A stretch of DNA of 64,000 bases from Lachnospiraceae bacterium (GCA_017467805.1 JAFUKJ010000045.1:1392-65391), one strand, 5' to 3'. Counted from the first letter of the stretch, positions 19,242-29,189 are shown. Made by a program: numbers and translations. The notes: generated by a model from the letters alone, not told the origin.

Positions 19242-20657
19242 CTATTTAGTTTCAAGATCAAATCCGAAATACTTCACTGCATTGTTGTATGAGATACCCT
19301 TAACGATTTCTTCAAGGATTTCCATATCTGCAGGGAATTCGCCGTCCTCAACCCAGTTACCAATTAAGTTACACATAATACGTCTGAAGTACTCGTGTCT
19401 TGTGTAAGATAAGAAGCTACGAGAGTCTGTTAACATACCAACGAAGCCTGAAAGGTTACCAAGGTTAGCAAGTGAAATCATCTGGTCCTGCATACCTGTC
19501 TTGTGGTCATTGAACCACCAAGCAGAACCCTGCTGAATCTTAGCGCAGGCTGTAGAATCCTGGAAGCATCCAAGAATAGTACCGATAGCCTGATTGTCAT
19601 TAGGATTCAAGCTGTAAATAATAGTCTTTGGAAGCTCATCTGTTGTAATCAGTGCATTTAAGAAGTCTGCAAGCTGAGCAGATGGAGCGTAGTTGTTGAT
19701 ACAGTCATAACCTGTATCAGGTCCGAGCTGAGCGTAACGAAGTGTATTGTTGTCACGCTTGCAGCCATAGTGAAGCTGCATTACCCAGTTTAATCTATGA
19801 TACTGCTTGCCCATGAATACCATGAATGCAGTCTTGAACTGTAATTCCTCTTCTCTTGTAACAGCTTCTCCGCTCTTTCTCTTAGCAAAGATAGCTTCAA
19901 TCTCAGCGTCTGTTGCAGGCTGGTACATAACGTACTCAAGTGCGTGGTCAGATACTGAACATCCCATAGATGCGAAGAAGTCAAGTCTGTTTACAAGTGC
20001 AGCCTTCATATCTGCAAAAGTATTAATCTCGATACCGCTTACAGCAGATAACTTAGCAAGATAATCAAAGTAATCAGGCTTCTCGATATTCATAGCCTTG
20101 TCAGGTCTCCATGCTGGAAGAACCTGTACATCAAATGTATCATCCTCAGCGATAGCCTTATGATACTCAAGAGAATCGATAGGGTCATCTGTTGTACAGA
20201 TTAATGTAACGTTAGACTGCTTAATCAAGCCGCGAACGCTCATAGAACTTTCCTGAAGCTTAGCATTACAAAGGTTCCAAACCTCCTCGGCTGTGTTCTT
20301 GTTCAAAACACCGTTGTAGCCGAAGTAACGCTGTAACTCAAGGTGTGTCCAGTGGTAAAGTGGATTACCGATAGCCTTACCTACACACTCAGCCCACTTG
20401 AAGAACTTCTCCTTATCAGAAGCATCTCCTGTCATATATTTCTCTTCAACACCGCAGGAACGCATAAAACGCCACTTGTAGTGGTCGCCGCCAAGCCATA
20501 CCTGTGTGATATTGTCGAACTTTCTGTCATTAGCAATCTCTGCCGGATTAATATGGCAGTGATAGTCAAGGATTGGTGTTGTTTCAGCAAAACTGTGATA
20601 AAGCTTGCATGCAGTTTCTGTTTGAAGCAAGAAATCCTTATCCATAAAATTTTTCAT
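19242..20657 (-). CDS. uxaC: Glucuronate (uronate) isomerase
   Basis: IDYHCH-type motif LDYHCH, WLGGDHYKWR, NPLYHWTHLEL, GSAWWFND, LTDSRSFLSYTRHEYFRR. Confidence 0.96.
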   Translation of the reverse strand: MKNFMDKDFLLQTETACKLYHSFAETTPILDYHCHINPAEIANDRKFDNITQVWLGGDHYKWRFMRSCGVEEKYMTGDASDKEKFFKWAECVGKAIGNPLYHWTHLELQRYFGYNGVLNKNTAEEVWNLCNAKLQESSMSVRGLIKQSNVTLICTTDDPIDSLEYHKAIAEDDTFDVQVLPAWRPDKAMNIEKPDYFDYLAKLSAVSGIEINTFADMKAALVNRLDFFASMGCSVSDHALEYVMYQPATDAEIEAIFAKRKSGEAVTREEELQFKTAFMVFMGKQYHRLNWVMQLHYGCKRDNNTLRYAQLGPDTGYDCINNYAPSAQLADFLNALITTDELPKTIIYSLNPNDNQAIGTILGCFQDSTACAKIQQGSAWWFNDHKTGMQDQMISLANLGNLSGFVGMLTDSRSFLSYTRHEYFRRIMCNLIGNWVEDGEFPADMEILEEIVKGISYNNAVKYFGFDLETK

Positions 20658-20709
20658 GGGTATTCCTCCTATATTATATTATTTATTGTAGGTATAAGTT
20701 ATTTATAAA

Positions 20710-20746
20710 AAAGTGCCGCCATGGACGATGCCAATGTGGCACTTTC
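20710..20746 (-). terminator. Probable terminator after the LacI gene (minus strand)
   Basis: AAAGTGCC...GGCACTTT stem, followed by a T-run when read on the minus strand. Confidence 0.55.
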
Positions 20747-20760
20747 ATATCAAAAAAGTA

Positions 20761-21765
20761 TTAGAGAGTTGTGCCTCTCTTAATTAATTCGCCTGAGAAG
20801 ATAACCTTCTGTGGCATTTCCTTCTTATCCAGGATACCAATCAAGGTATTAACAATGTGATGACAAAGCGTACTCAGACGATTGTCAACACTGGTAAGCT
20901 CTGGCTCACAACAGGTACTTAAGATAGAGTTATTGTAGCCGATAACAGCTAAATCCTCAGGAATGGATAAGCCCTTCTTGTGTGCGTACTTGATAGCGCC
21001 GATAGCAAGATTGTCGTCGGCAGCAACAACCGCATCAAACTTGATGGATGGGTCCAGATTCGCAAGGAAATCTGAAATCGCAGTCAGGTTCGCATGGTCC
21101 TCAGGGAAGTACTGCATGTACTCCATACGAAGAGGAATGTTATGCTGTGTCAGAGCACTCTGATAGCCTGACAGCTTTCTAATCGCTGAGTAAGACTTAG
21201 AATTATACAAGTATAAAATATCCTTTCTGCCTGATGCGATTAGGGATGATGTAGCCTGTAGTGTAGACTTGAAATCATCACAAAGACTGCAGTATACATT
21301 CTCATAATCAAAATCAGCGTTCAGCAGCAACACTGGAATCTCCTTGGCTGCTTCACGGATATAGTCATTCTCTGCATCGTTGTTGGAAATAAAGTTAGAA
21401 CCTACGAGAATAACACTGTCTACCTTCTTGTTTACCAAGAGGTTAAGGAACTTCTGCTTATCCTCGAGCTTATAACCTGTACAACATAAGATACAATTGT
21501 AGTTATTCGCTCTAAGCTCCTGCTCGATGTGGTATACGGCATTGGCAAGATAAAGGTCGGAAGAATCCGCACATAAAATACCGATGGAGTTCATGGTATT
21601 AAGACCAAGACCGCGGGCAAATGCATTAGGTGTGTAATCGCAAGCATCAATGACAGCAAGCACCTTTTTACGGGTTTCGGGGCTGACATTCTCAGAACCG
21701 TTCAAGACACGGGATACAGTTGCGATGGATACACCCGCTTTCTCTGAGATATCATAGATTGTCAT
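20761..21765 (-). CDS. LacI-family regulator, probably of uronate catabolism
   Basis: MTIYDISEKAGVSIATVSRVLN HTH; YTPNAFARGL hinge; lies between uxaC and kduI. Confidence 0.9.
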   Translation of the reverse strand: MTIYDISEKAGVSIATVSRVLNGSENVSPETRKKVLAVIDACDYTPNAFARGLGLNTMNSIGILCADSSDLYLANAVYHIEQELRANNYNCILCCTGYKLEDKQKFLNLLVNKKVDSVILVGSNFISNNDAENDYIREAAKEIPVLLLNADFDYENVYCSLCDDFKSTLQATSSLIASGRKDILYLYNSKSYSAIRKLSGYQSALTQHNIPLRMEYMQYFPEDHANLTAISDFLANLDPSIKFDAVVAADDNLAIGAIKYAHKKGLSIPEDLAVIGYNNSILSTCCEPELTSVDNRLSTLCHHIVNTLIGILDKKEMPQKVIFSGELIKRGTTL

Positions 21766-21872
21766 AAGTAAAATCCTTTCTGTACTACTAAGGAAAGCCC
21801 CACTGGAAGCTGTTCAATCGTAGGTAAAACTAAATCTTTTATGAAGGCACAAACAACCTGTGAAAAGAGGTA

Positions 21873-21927
21873 TGTAAGCGCTATCATAACCAATTCAAAT
21901 TGTACTACGGAAATAGCCTAAAATCAA
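21873..21927 (-). promoter_or_regulatory. SigA promoter of the LacI gene with a downstream LacI/cre-type operator
   Basis: Minus strand TTGATT-N17-TACAAT (21927..21899); TGTAAGCGCTATCA at 21873-21886, just downstream of the predicted start. Confidence 0.65.
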
Positions 21928-21971
21928 GCAAATGTTAAAAATTAAACACATTTATAAAAGCCAAAGATTGA

Positions 21972-22013
21972 TTGACTTCAAAGGGGCTATGAAGTAAAAT
22001 GAAAACAGTTTCA
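21972..22013 (+). promoter_or_regulatory. SigA promoter of kduI with an adjacent palindrome
   Basis: TTGACT-N17-TAAAAT (21972-22000) running into TGAAAACAGTTTCA. Confidence 0.6.
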
Positions 22014-22046
22014 GAAATGAGATGAAAATGTGAGACAAAAGGAAGG

Positions 22047-22916
22047 ATGAGTGGTATGGAGCTTCGTACAGCAGCGTCACCAAGAGACGTAAAGCATTAT
22101 ACAACTGAGAGATTAAGAGAAGAGTTTTTGATTGATGATTTATTTAAGGTAGGGGAGATTAAGTTAGTATACAGTCATATTGACCGTATTATCACAGGTT
22201 CAGCAGTACCGGTAGAGCCAATCGTGTTAACAGCAGGAGATGAGCTTAGAGCAGATTATTTCTGCCAGAGAAGAGAGCTTGGTGTTATTAATATCGGACC
22301 AGCAGGTGTTATTACTGTTGATGGTAAGAAGTATGAGGTAGGACATAAGGAAGGTATGTACATCGGATTAGGTTCTAAGGACATTACATTTGAGTCAGTA
22401 GATACTAAAAACCCTGCAAAGTTCTATTTCCACAGCGCACCTGCACATAAGGCTTACCCTACTAAGTTAATTAAGCCTGAAGGAACACCATCTGAGGATG
22501 TTGTTATTATTAAGGATGAGAATAAGGTAGAGTTAGGATGTCTTGAGGATGCGAACCACAGAGTTATCAACAAGTACATCTTACCTGGTCAGGTAGAGAG
22601 CTGTCAGCTTGTTATGGGTATGACATGTCTTAAGCCTGGTAGTGTATGGAATACAATGCCTTGTCATACACATGACAGACGTATGGAGGTTTATTTATAC
22701 TTTGATATGCCTGAGGATGCATTTGTTATGCATTACATGGGCGAGCCACAGGAGACAAGACACATCGTTATGAGAAACGAGCAGGCTGTTATTTCTCCAA
22801 GCTGGTCTATCCACTCAGGTTCAGGAAGCCGCGCATACACATTCATCTGGGGTATGGTTGGCGAGAATCAGGCATTCGATGATATGGATGGCGTAAGAAA
22901 TCAGGATATTATGTAG
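22047..22916 (+). CDS. kduI: 5-dehydro-4-deoxy-D-glucuronate isomerase
   Basis: YTTERLREEFLI, YSHIDRII, CQLVMG, WNTMPCHTHDRRMEVY, SPSWSIHSG. Confidence 0.96.
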   Translation: MSGMELRTAASPRDVKHYTTERLREEFLIDDLFKVGEIKLVYSHIDRIITGSAVPVEPIVLTAGDELRADYFCQRRELGVINIGPAGVITVDGKKYEVGHKEGMYIGLGSKDITFESVDTKNPAKFYFHSAPAHKAYPTKLIKPEGTPSEDVVIIKDENKVELGCLEDANHRVINKYILPGQVESCQLVMGMTCLKPGSVWNTMPCHTHDRRMEVYLYFDMPEDAFVMHYMGEPQETRHIVMRNEQAVISPSWSIHSGSGSRAYTFIWGMVGENQAFDDMDGVRNQDIM

Positions 22917-23139
22917 TAACATGAGCCATGCAAAAATAGGCGATAAATTCTGCGCGAGCTTGCTCGCAGGCGGGAGTTATCGCCTATTTTTATACGGCGA
23001 AGCCGAAACACGAAGTAGGCTATGCCTACGAGTGTTAGCATGGCTCATGTTGCTGGAGTGAAACATTCAAGGCGAATGCCGAAACACGAAGTAGGCTATG
23101 CCTACGAGTGTTAGCAAGGCTCATGTTGCTGGAGTGAAA
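22915..23139. repeat. Nested palindromic element with a 68/69-bp direct repeat
   Basis: 14-bp IR 22918-22931/23038-23051; 15-bp IR 22932-22946/22977-22991; repeat units 22996-23063 and 23071-23139 differ by one insertion and one substitution. Confidence 0.85.
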
Positions 23140-23467
23140 GCGGGTAAAAATAAGGAAAAGCCAAAGGAAATACCCGTGACGAGAAGTAGAAGTGGATAAA
23201 AATAAGGAAAAGATTGCATGAAAAGAAATAAAGTGACAATAAAAATGAAACTATTTCAAATGCATGAAAATATTGATAAAACGATAAAAATAATGTAATA
23301 TTAAAGTAATATTATTAAAATACGTATGATAGCGTGATGCATTGAAAAATCAGACAGCAGAAATGCAGTATTAGACACCTTATACTGGAGAAAAGGGCAA
23401 TAGAATTAGCGGCATAAATATTAGTATAAGAAGCACAATTGGTAATAGTGTAAAAGGAGAATGAAAA

Positions 23468-25156
23468 ATGATGGAGAAATTGAAGAATCTAAAAGTGAGT
23501 GGAAAACTGAATTATGCATTTAGAATTATGCTGATACAGTTGATAACTGCTGTTGCCGTTGGTATGGTTGGAATGATTGTGATTAATTCCCAGTTAAGGA
23601 ACTTTTATCATGAATATTATACTAATAATAATTTACAGCTGGAGATTCGCAAGGACCTGCAGATGGTAGGTAAGCAGGTGCTATGGTCATTAACGTCAAC
23701 GGATAATGACTTTACGGTAGAAAAACTGGCTGTGGCAGAGGAATATGCAAGATATATTGATGAAAACATTTTATTGTTAGAGGATAATTTTGATAATGAA
23801 GAGCTATGCAACAGACTGTTAAGTGCAGTGGAGACATTGAAGACAGAGAGAGAAGAGATTATGGCACTTGCATACGGTAACCTGATTGACATGGCTTTAA
23901 TAGAATATGATGAGGGATATGCGGTAGCTAGTGATGCAGTACAGGATATTCTTGTGGAGATTGGCGAAGTTGCAGAGCAGCAGGCTGATAGCGCATATAA
24001 TCTTGCAAGATGGATAGGATATATTTTACAGGGATTTTTGGGTATTCTTGGAATCGCATGTTTTGTACTTGTTAAGATTCTGTCTAAGAATATCACCAAT
24101 ATTATTTGTGAGCCAATCAAGGAGCTGGGGAATGCAGCAGAAAAGCTCAAAGCTGGCGAACTGGATATTGATATTGTATACAAAAGCGAAGATGAGCTTG
24201 GCATACTCGCAGAAAATTTCAGGGGAACCTTTGAACAGCTTAAGGTTGTTATTTCTGATGCGGGAGCTTTGCTGACGCAGATGGCAGATGGTAATTTTGA
24301 TATTCATAGCAGTGCGAGAGATAATTATGTAGGAGAATTTGAAGTATTACTGTTAAGCATGAGAAAGATGCGTGACCAGTTATCAGATACCTTCCGTCAG
24401 ATGAATGAGGCGGCAGAGCAGGTAAATGTCGGAGCAACACAGATGGCAGAGAGTGCCCAGGAGCTTGCAGAGGGAGCAACTGACCAGGCAGGGGCAGTAC
24501 AGGAGTTAACTGCTACAGTGGATGATGTTGTGAATATCGCAGGAGAAAGTGCAAAGAATGCGTCAGTGGCTGCAGAAAACACGAGTGAAGCGGCAAAGAC
24601 TGCACAGCAGAGTACGGATGAAATCAGGCAGCTTACTGAAGCGATGGCAGCAATTACAGATACATCAAGAGAAATTGAAAATATTATCGGTGCGATTGAG
24701 GATATTGCAGAGCAGACCAATCTTCTGTCATTGAATGCTTCCATCGAGGCAGCAAGAGCTGGCGAGGCTGGTAAGGGCTTTGCGGTAGTAGCTGACCAAA
24801 TTGGAAAGCTTGCTGCAGAGAGTGCTCAGTCAGCAGTTATGACAAGAGAGTTAATCAGTAAGTCTTTGACAGAGATTGAAAAGGGTAATGAGATTACGAA
24901 CCGTACAGCACAGAGTATTGAAACGGTTATCCAGAGTATGTCTGAGTTTGCAGGTACAGCATCAGGAGCAGCGGCGGCTTCCAATACACAGGTGGATATG
25001 CTTAAGCAGGTAGGTGATGGAATCGAGCAGATTAATATGGTTGTTCAGAGTAACTCAGCAGCAGCAGAGGAGACATCAGCAGTCAGCGAGGAGCTTGCAG
25101 CACAGGCAGAACGCTTAAAGGAAATGATTGGAAGATTTAAATTTATAAGCGAATAA
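23468..25156 (+). CDS. Methyl-accepting chemotaxis protein (TM, helical sensor, TM, HAMP, signalling domain)
   Basis: [30 protein letters not shown]; HAMP segment SEDELGILA. Confidence 0.95.
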   Translation: MMEKLKNLKVSGKLNYAFRIMLIQLITAVAVGMVGMIVINSQLRNFYHEYYTNNNLQLEIRKDLQMVGKQVLWSLTSTDNDFTVEKLAVAEEYARYIDENILLLEDNFDNEELCNRLLSAVETLKTEREEIMALAYGNLIDMALIEYDEGYAVASDAVQDILVEIGEVAEQQADSAYNLARWIGYILQGFLGILGIACFVLVKILSKNITNIICEPIKELGNAAEKLKAGELDIDIVYKSEDELGILAENFRGTFEQLKVVISDAGALLTQMADGNFDIHSSARDNYVGEFEVLLLSMRKMRDQLSDTFRQMNEAAEQVNVGATQMAESAQELAEGATDQAGAVQELTATVDDVVNIAGESAKNASVAAENTSEAAKTAQQSTDEIRQLTEAMAAITDTSREIENIIGAIEDIAEQTNLLSLNASIEAARAGEAGKGFAVVADQIGKLAAESAQSAVMTRELISKSLTEIEKGNEITNRTAQSIETVIQSMSEFAGTASGAAAASNTQVDMLKQVGDGIEQINMVVQSNSAAAEETSAVSEELAAQAERLKEMIGRFKFISE

Positions 25157-25179
25157 TAGAATGAAAGGAATGAATTCCT

Positions 25180-27261
25180 ATGTATTTTGCACCAATAGAA
25201 GAAATAAATGGATTCAAGGTAAGACCAGGAGAATATCTTCATAATGGCGCAACCATGGTCGAGGGTGGTATTAGCTTTACGATACATTCCAATGGAGCTA
25301 CAGCATGTACATTGTGCCTTTTTCATGAGGAAGAGGATGAACCCTATGCCGAGATTCCGTTTCCAGAGTCGTATCGAATCGGAAATGTTTTTTCCATGAC
25401 GGTCTTTGATTTGAATCCTGAAGAGTTTGAGTATGCGTATCGTTTGGACGGACCATATGATATTAAGAAAGGTCTGTTGTTTGATGACGGAAATTATATA
25501 TTAGACCCTTATGCGAAGGCGGTAACGGGACAACGCATCTGGGGAGAGAGAAGTCAGCAAAGACAAAAATTTTATAAAGCAAGAGTAGTAACGGGAACCT
25601 ATGATTGGGGTGACTATAAGCAACCAAACCGTGAGTTTAAGGATATGATTGTCTATGAAATGCATGTGAGAGGCTTTACGAAGGACTTTTCTTCTGGAGT
25701 AGAGCATCGTGGCACTTTTGCAGGCATACGGGAGAAGATACCATATCTACTGGAGCTTGGTGTGAATACTCTGGAGCTTATGCCGATTTTTGAATTTGAT
25801 GAGATGGAGGATGTACGTCTTTATGATGGAACTGTTCTCTATAATTACTGGGGTTACAGTCCTGTCAGCTTCTTTTCACCAAATACAAGCTATGCGGCGG
25901 CTATGGAGCATAACTGTGAAGGACAAGAGCTTAAGGAATTAATCAGAGAGCTTCACAAGCATGGAATAGAAGTAATTTTGGATGTTGTATTTAACCATAC
26001 AGCAGAAGGAAATGAGATGGGACCAACCTTCTGCTTTAAGGGAATTGATAATAATATTTATTATATGCTGACACCCGATGGAAAGTATTATAATTTCAGC
26101 GGCTGCGGTAATGTAATGAACTGTAATCATCCGATTGTGCAGCAGTTTGTATTGGAATGTCTGCGTTATTGGGTGGTGGAGTATCGTGTAGATGGTTTCC
26201 GATTTGACCTTGCGTCTATCATGGGAAGAAATGAGGATGGTTCGCCGATGAGTAAGCCGCCGCTTTTGCAGAGTCTTGCCTTTGACCCGATATTGGGTAA
26301 GGTAAAGCTGATTGCAGAGGCATGGGATGCGGGCGGACTTTATCAGGTAGGAAGCTTTCCAGCGTGGAATCGCTGGGCGGAGTGGAACGGTAAGTACCGT
26401 GATGATATGCGTTGCTTCTTAAAGGGTGATTATGGTATGGCTCAGGCAGCAATTAGCCGTATTACGGGCTCGCTTGATTTATATAATCCTGAGAAGCGTG
26501 GCGAGAATGCTTCTGTGAATTTCCTTAATTGCCATGATGGTTTTACCCTGTATGATTTGTATGCTTATAATGAGAAGCATAATGAGAAAAACGGCTGGAA
26601 CAATTCAGATGGCGATGACCATAATAACAGCTGGAACTGCGGCTATGAAGGTGAAACCGAGTCAGCAGAGGTGTTAGCGCTTAGAAATCGTATGCGTAAG
26701 AATGCATTCGCAACATTGATGTGCAGTAGAGGCTCTGCAATGTTTCTTGCAGGTGATGAGTTCTGCAATACCCAGTTTGGTAATAATAACGCCTATTGCC
26801 AGGATAACTATATTTCATGGCTTGACTGGGATAGAAAAGAGCAGTATTCGGAGATGTTTGAATTCTGTAAATATATGATTCAGATTCGCAAGAACCATCC
26901 TATTCTGCATGGACATTCAGGAAGCTGTGGTTGTGGTTTCCCAGAGGTTAGTGTGCATAATAAGACTGCATGGAACAGTCATTGCGATGGAGATACAAAG
27001 ACCATTGGTGTTATGTTTGCAGGACGTAATGCGGACAATACAGAGGATGATGTCATCTACATTGGTATTAATGCATTTTGGGAATATCAGGACGTGCAGC
27101 TGCCAAATCTTCCACTCGGAAGAAAGTGGCGTATTCTCGTGAATACTGAATTTAACCACACGGCTGATGTTGATTACCAGGCACTGACGCAGTGGAAGAG
27201 TCAGGATACCATCGTGATGTGTCCGCGAAGTGTAGTAGTAGCGGTTGTAGAGAAGTGGTAA
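25180..27261 (+). CDS. glgX: Glycogen debranching enzyme / isoamylase (GH13)
   Basis: YEMHVRGFT, NYWGY, DVVFNHTAEG, GFRFDLAS, IAEAWD, NCHDGFTL. Confidence 0.94.
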   Translation: MYFAPIEEINGFKVRPGEYLHNGATMVEGGISFTIHSNGATACTLCLFHEEEDEPYAEIPFPESYRIGNVFSMTVFDLNPEEFEYAYRLDGPYDIKKGLLFDDGNYILDPYAKAVTGQRIWGERSQQRQKFYKARVVTGTYDWGDYKQPNREFKDMIVYEMHVRGFTKDFSSGVEHRGTFAGIREKIPYLLELGVNTLELMPIFEFDEMEDVRLYDGTVLYNYWGYSPVSFFSPNTSYAAAMEHNCEGQELKELIRELHKHGIEVILDVVFNHTAEGNEMGPTFCFKGIDNNIYYMLTPDGKYYNFSGCGNVMNCNHPIVQQFVLECLRYWVVEYRVDGFRFDLASIMGRNEDGSPMSKPPLLQSLAFDPILGKVKLIAEAWDAGGLYQVGSFPAWNRWAEWNGKYRDDMRCFLKGDYGMAQAAISRITGSLDLYNPEKRGENASVNFLNCHDGFTLYDLYAYNEKHNEKNGWNNSDGDDHNNSWNCGYEGETESAEVLALRNRMRKNAFATLMCSRGSAMFLAGDEFCNTQFGNNNAYCQDNYISWLDWDRKEQYSEMFEFCKYMIQIRKNHPILHGHSGSCGCGFPEVSVHNKTAWNSHCDGDTKTIGVMFAGRNADNTEDDVIYIGINAFWEYQDVQLPNLPLGRKWRILVNTEFNHTADVDYQALTQWKSQDTIVMCPRSVVVAVVEKW

Positions 27262-27345
27262 AATAATTGTAAAAATATAAAGAAAATATTTCCAAATTAT
27301 CACTTATATGATAAGATAAATATGATATTACTGAAAATGTGCGCA

Positions 27346-27493
27346 AGCAAACCGTCTGCGAAGCAGACAATGAGTACGAAGTACGAGTTTGTGCGAGCGA
27401 AAAATCAAGCGACACGCAAGTGGCATTTGATTTTTGCCGCGACAACGAGCAAACCGTCTGCGAAGCAGACAATGAGTACGAAGTACGAGTTTG
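27346..27493. repeat. Two identical 46-bp structured units flanking an internal hairpin
   Basis: AGCAAACCGTCTGCGAAGCAGACAATGAGTACGAAGTACGAGTTTG at 27346-27391 and 27448-27493; IR AAAAATCAA/TTGATTTTT between them. Confidence 0.9.
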
Positions 27494-27548
27494 CGAGTGG
27501 CGAGTAGAGAACGATAAAGATATATTATATACGAAAGGCGGTAGCATA

Positions 27549-27911
27549 ATGGCGAAAGTACTGGTAGTAGACGACGCAGCATTTATGCGTATGTCGATAC
27601 AAAAGATGTTGGAGCCTCATGGTCATGTGATGATTGGTGAAGCAGAGAATGGAATTGAAGCAGTAAAGAAATATATGGAGTTGAAGCCTGATATTGTGTT
27701 ATTGGATATTACTATGCCAGAGATGAATGGCGTAGAGGCTTTAAAGCAGATTAAAGAAAAGGACCCTAGTGCCAAGGTTGTTATCTGTTCAGCGATGGGA
27801 CAGCAGGCAATGGTAGCACAGGCAATTCAGTATGGAGCAAAGGACTTTGTTGTAAAGCCTTTTGAGGTTGACAGACTGATTGCAGCGATTGACCGAGTGA
27901 TGGAAAAGTAG
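27549..27911 (+). CDS. cheY: Chemotaxis response regulator CheY (120 aa)
   Basis: MAKVLVVDDAAFMR, LDITMPEMNG, CSAMGQQAMV, FVVKPF; RBS GAAAGG. The ORF-track extension to 27339 reads through the repeat. Confidence 0.88.
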   Translation: MAKVLVVDDAAFMRMSIQKMLEPHGHVMIGEAENGIEAVKKYMELKPDIVLLDITMPEMNGVEALKQIKEKDPSAKVVICSAMGQQAMVAQAIQYGAKDFVVKPFEVDRLIAAIDRVMEK

Positions 27912-27952
27912 GCTGGTTACAAGATTTTTTGGAATTTATTTGGTAAAAAATT

Positions 27953-28020
27953 AAAATAGCGGTTTACAAACCGCTATTTTTGTTGTATGATTTAGAAAAC
28001 GTTTTCCGAAAAACGTTTTC
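27953..28020 (+). promoter_or_regulatory. Hairpin, SigA promoter and tandem LacI-type operators
   Basis: IR AAAATAGCGGTTT/AAACCGCTATTTT (27953-27980); TTTACA-N17-TATGAT (27963-27991); GAAAACGTTTTC at 27995-28006 and AAAAACGTTTTC at 28009-28020. Confidence 0.7.
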
Positions 28021-28039
28021 TTGTATAGGGAGTGATTAT

Positions 28040-29113
28040 TTGGTATCAATTAAAGATGTTGCCAAGCACGCAGGTGTTGCGATATCTACGGTATCTAAGG
28101 TCTTGAATAATTATCCTAATGTTAGTGAGGATACAAGGAAGAAGGTTAATGCGGCGATTGACGAGCTTGGTTTTGTGCCAAACTCCATTGCATCAGCTCT
28201 TTCCTCTAAGAAGACAGACCGAGTAGCGTTGCTGCTGGATGCGAATCGACATGCGCAGGCAATAGATGAGATTCCCATGAAGTATATTCTGGGTGCCATC
28301 AATAAGGCAAAGGAATTGCATATAGATATTATTACAGTATTTTTTACCATGATTCAGGAGATGAGTGTGGAAGAGGTAATCCGATATTTTCAGTCTCAGA
28401 GTATTGAGGGCTTGATTATTTGCGGATTGTCTAAGCAGGACACCATGCTTCATGAGTTAATTGCCACAGGAAAGTTTAAGATTGTATTAATTGATGCTCC
28501 TGGTGTAAGCGAGAGTACTTCCAGCATTCATATCAATCACAAGCAGGCACAGTACGAGGTTGCCAAAGAGATGATTCTTGAGAATAAGAAGAGCTTTGAG
28601 GAGAAGTACGGTGTAGGTGTTAAGGCACCTGATGCTGTGAAGGATACGGACGGAGAAGAGCCTTATGAATGGGGAAAGAAGATTCTCTATATTGCAGGCA
28701 AACAGAACGGTTATGTGTCAGATGAGAGAATGCAGGGAATGCAGCAGCTGGCAGAGGAAATGGCTTTGAACATGACTGTTGTGACAGGAAATTTCAGCGA
28801 GCTTCAGGCAAGGAATATTACCTGGGAATATGCCAATGAACAGGACGCTATCGTATGTGCTTCGGACCTGATGGCGATTGGTTCGATGAAGGCATTAATA
28901 GATATGGACATTTTCCGACCTGTATGTGGATTTGATGGTATCAATCTGATGGGTTATGCAGGCAAGCAGATGCATACGGTGAAGCAGGATTTTCAGGAGA
29001 TTGCGGCTACCGCAGTGAATGAAATGATGCGCCTGATGGCTGGAGAGGAAGGCCGCGAGGTAATTATGCCGCATCAGTTGATACGAATTGAATATAAGGA
29101 TGTTATTTCATAA
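28040..29113 (+). CDS. LacI-family regulator (TTG start)
   Basis: MVSIKDVAKHAGVAISTVSKVLN HTH after RBS AGGGAG; FVPNSIASAL hinge. Confidence 0.88.
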   Translation: MVSIKDVAKHAGVAISTVSKVLNNYPNVSEDTRKKVNAAIDELGFVPNSIASALSSKKTDRVALLLDANRHAQAIDEIPMKYILGAINKAKELHIDIITVFFTMIQEMSVEEVIRYFQSQSIEGLIICGLSKQDTMLHELIATGKFKIVLIDAPGVSESTSSIHINHKQAQYEVAKEMILENKKSFEEKYGVGVKAPDAVKDTDGEEPYEWGKKILYIAGKQNGYVSDERMQGMQQLAEEMALNMTVVTGNFSELQARNITWEYANEQDAIVCASDLMAIGSMKALIDMDIFRPVCGFDGINLMGYAGKQMHTVKQDFQEIAATAVNEMMRLMAGEEGREVIMPHQLIRIEYKDVIS

Positions 29114-29146
29114 AAAAGTGGAAAAGATAATATAAGAATTTTAATG

Positions 29147-29172
29147 CTGCCAGTGAGTGAAAGCACTGGCAG
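29147..29172 (+). other. Stem-loop without a U-tract in the glgP leader
   Basis: CTGCCAGTG/CACTGGCAG, a few bases before the RBS. Confidence 0.55.
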
Positions 29173-29189
29173 GGAAAGAAGAGGTAATC

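Noticed and set aside
23140-23467. c-di-GMP riboswitch or sigma-28 promoter before the MCP gene
   Set aside because: No GEMM core and no convincing TAAA-N15-GCCGATA; only a SigA-like TTGATA-N17-TAATAT.
27346-27493. CRISPR array or hammerhead ribozyme
   Set aside because: Only two repeats, a structured 56-bp 'spacer' and no cas genes. The topology resembles a type III hammerhead, but the core is AAUGA/GA instead of CUGANGA/GAA and lacks the U16.1-A15.1 pair.
27339-27548. N-terminal extension of CheY and other short ORFs over the repeat (27322..27507, 27152..27547, 27328..27582)
   Set aside because: The peptide merely mirrors the DNA repeat; a good RBS and a canonical CheY start exist at 27549.
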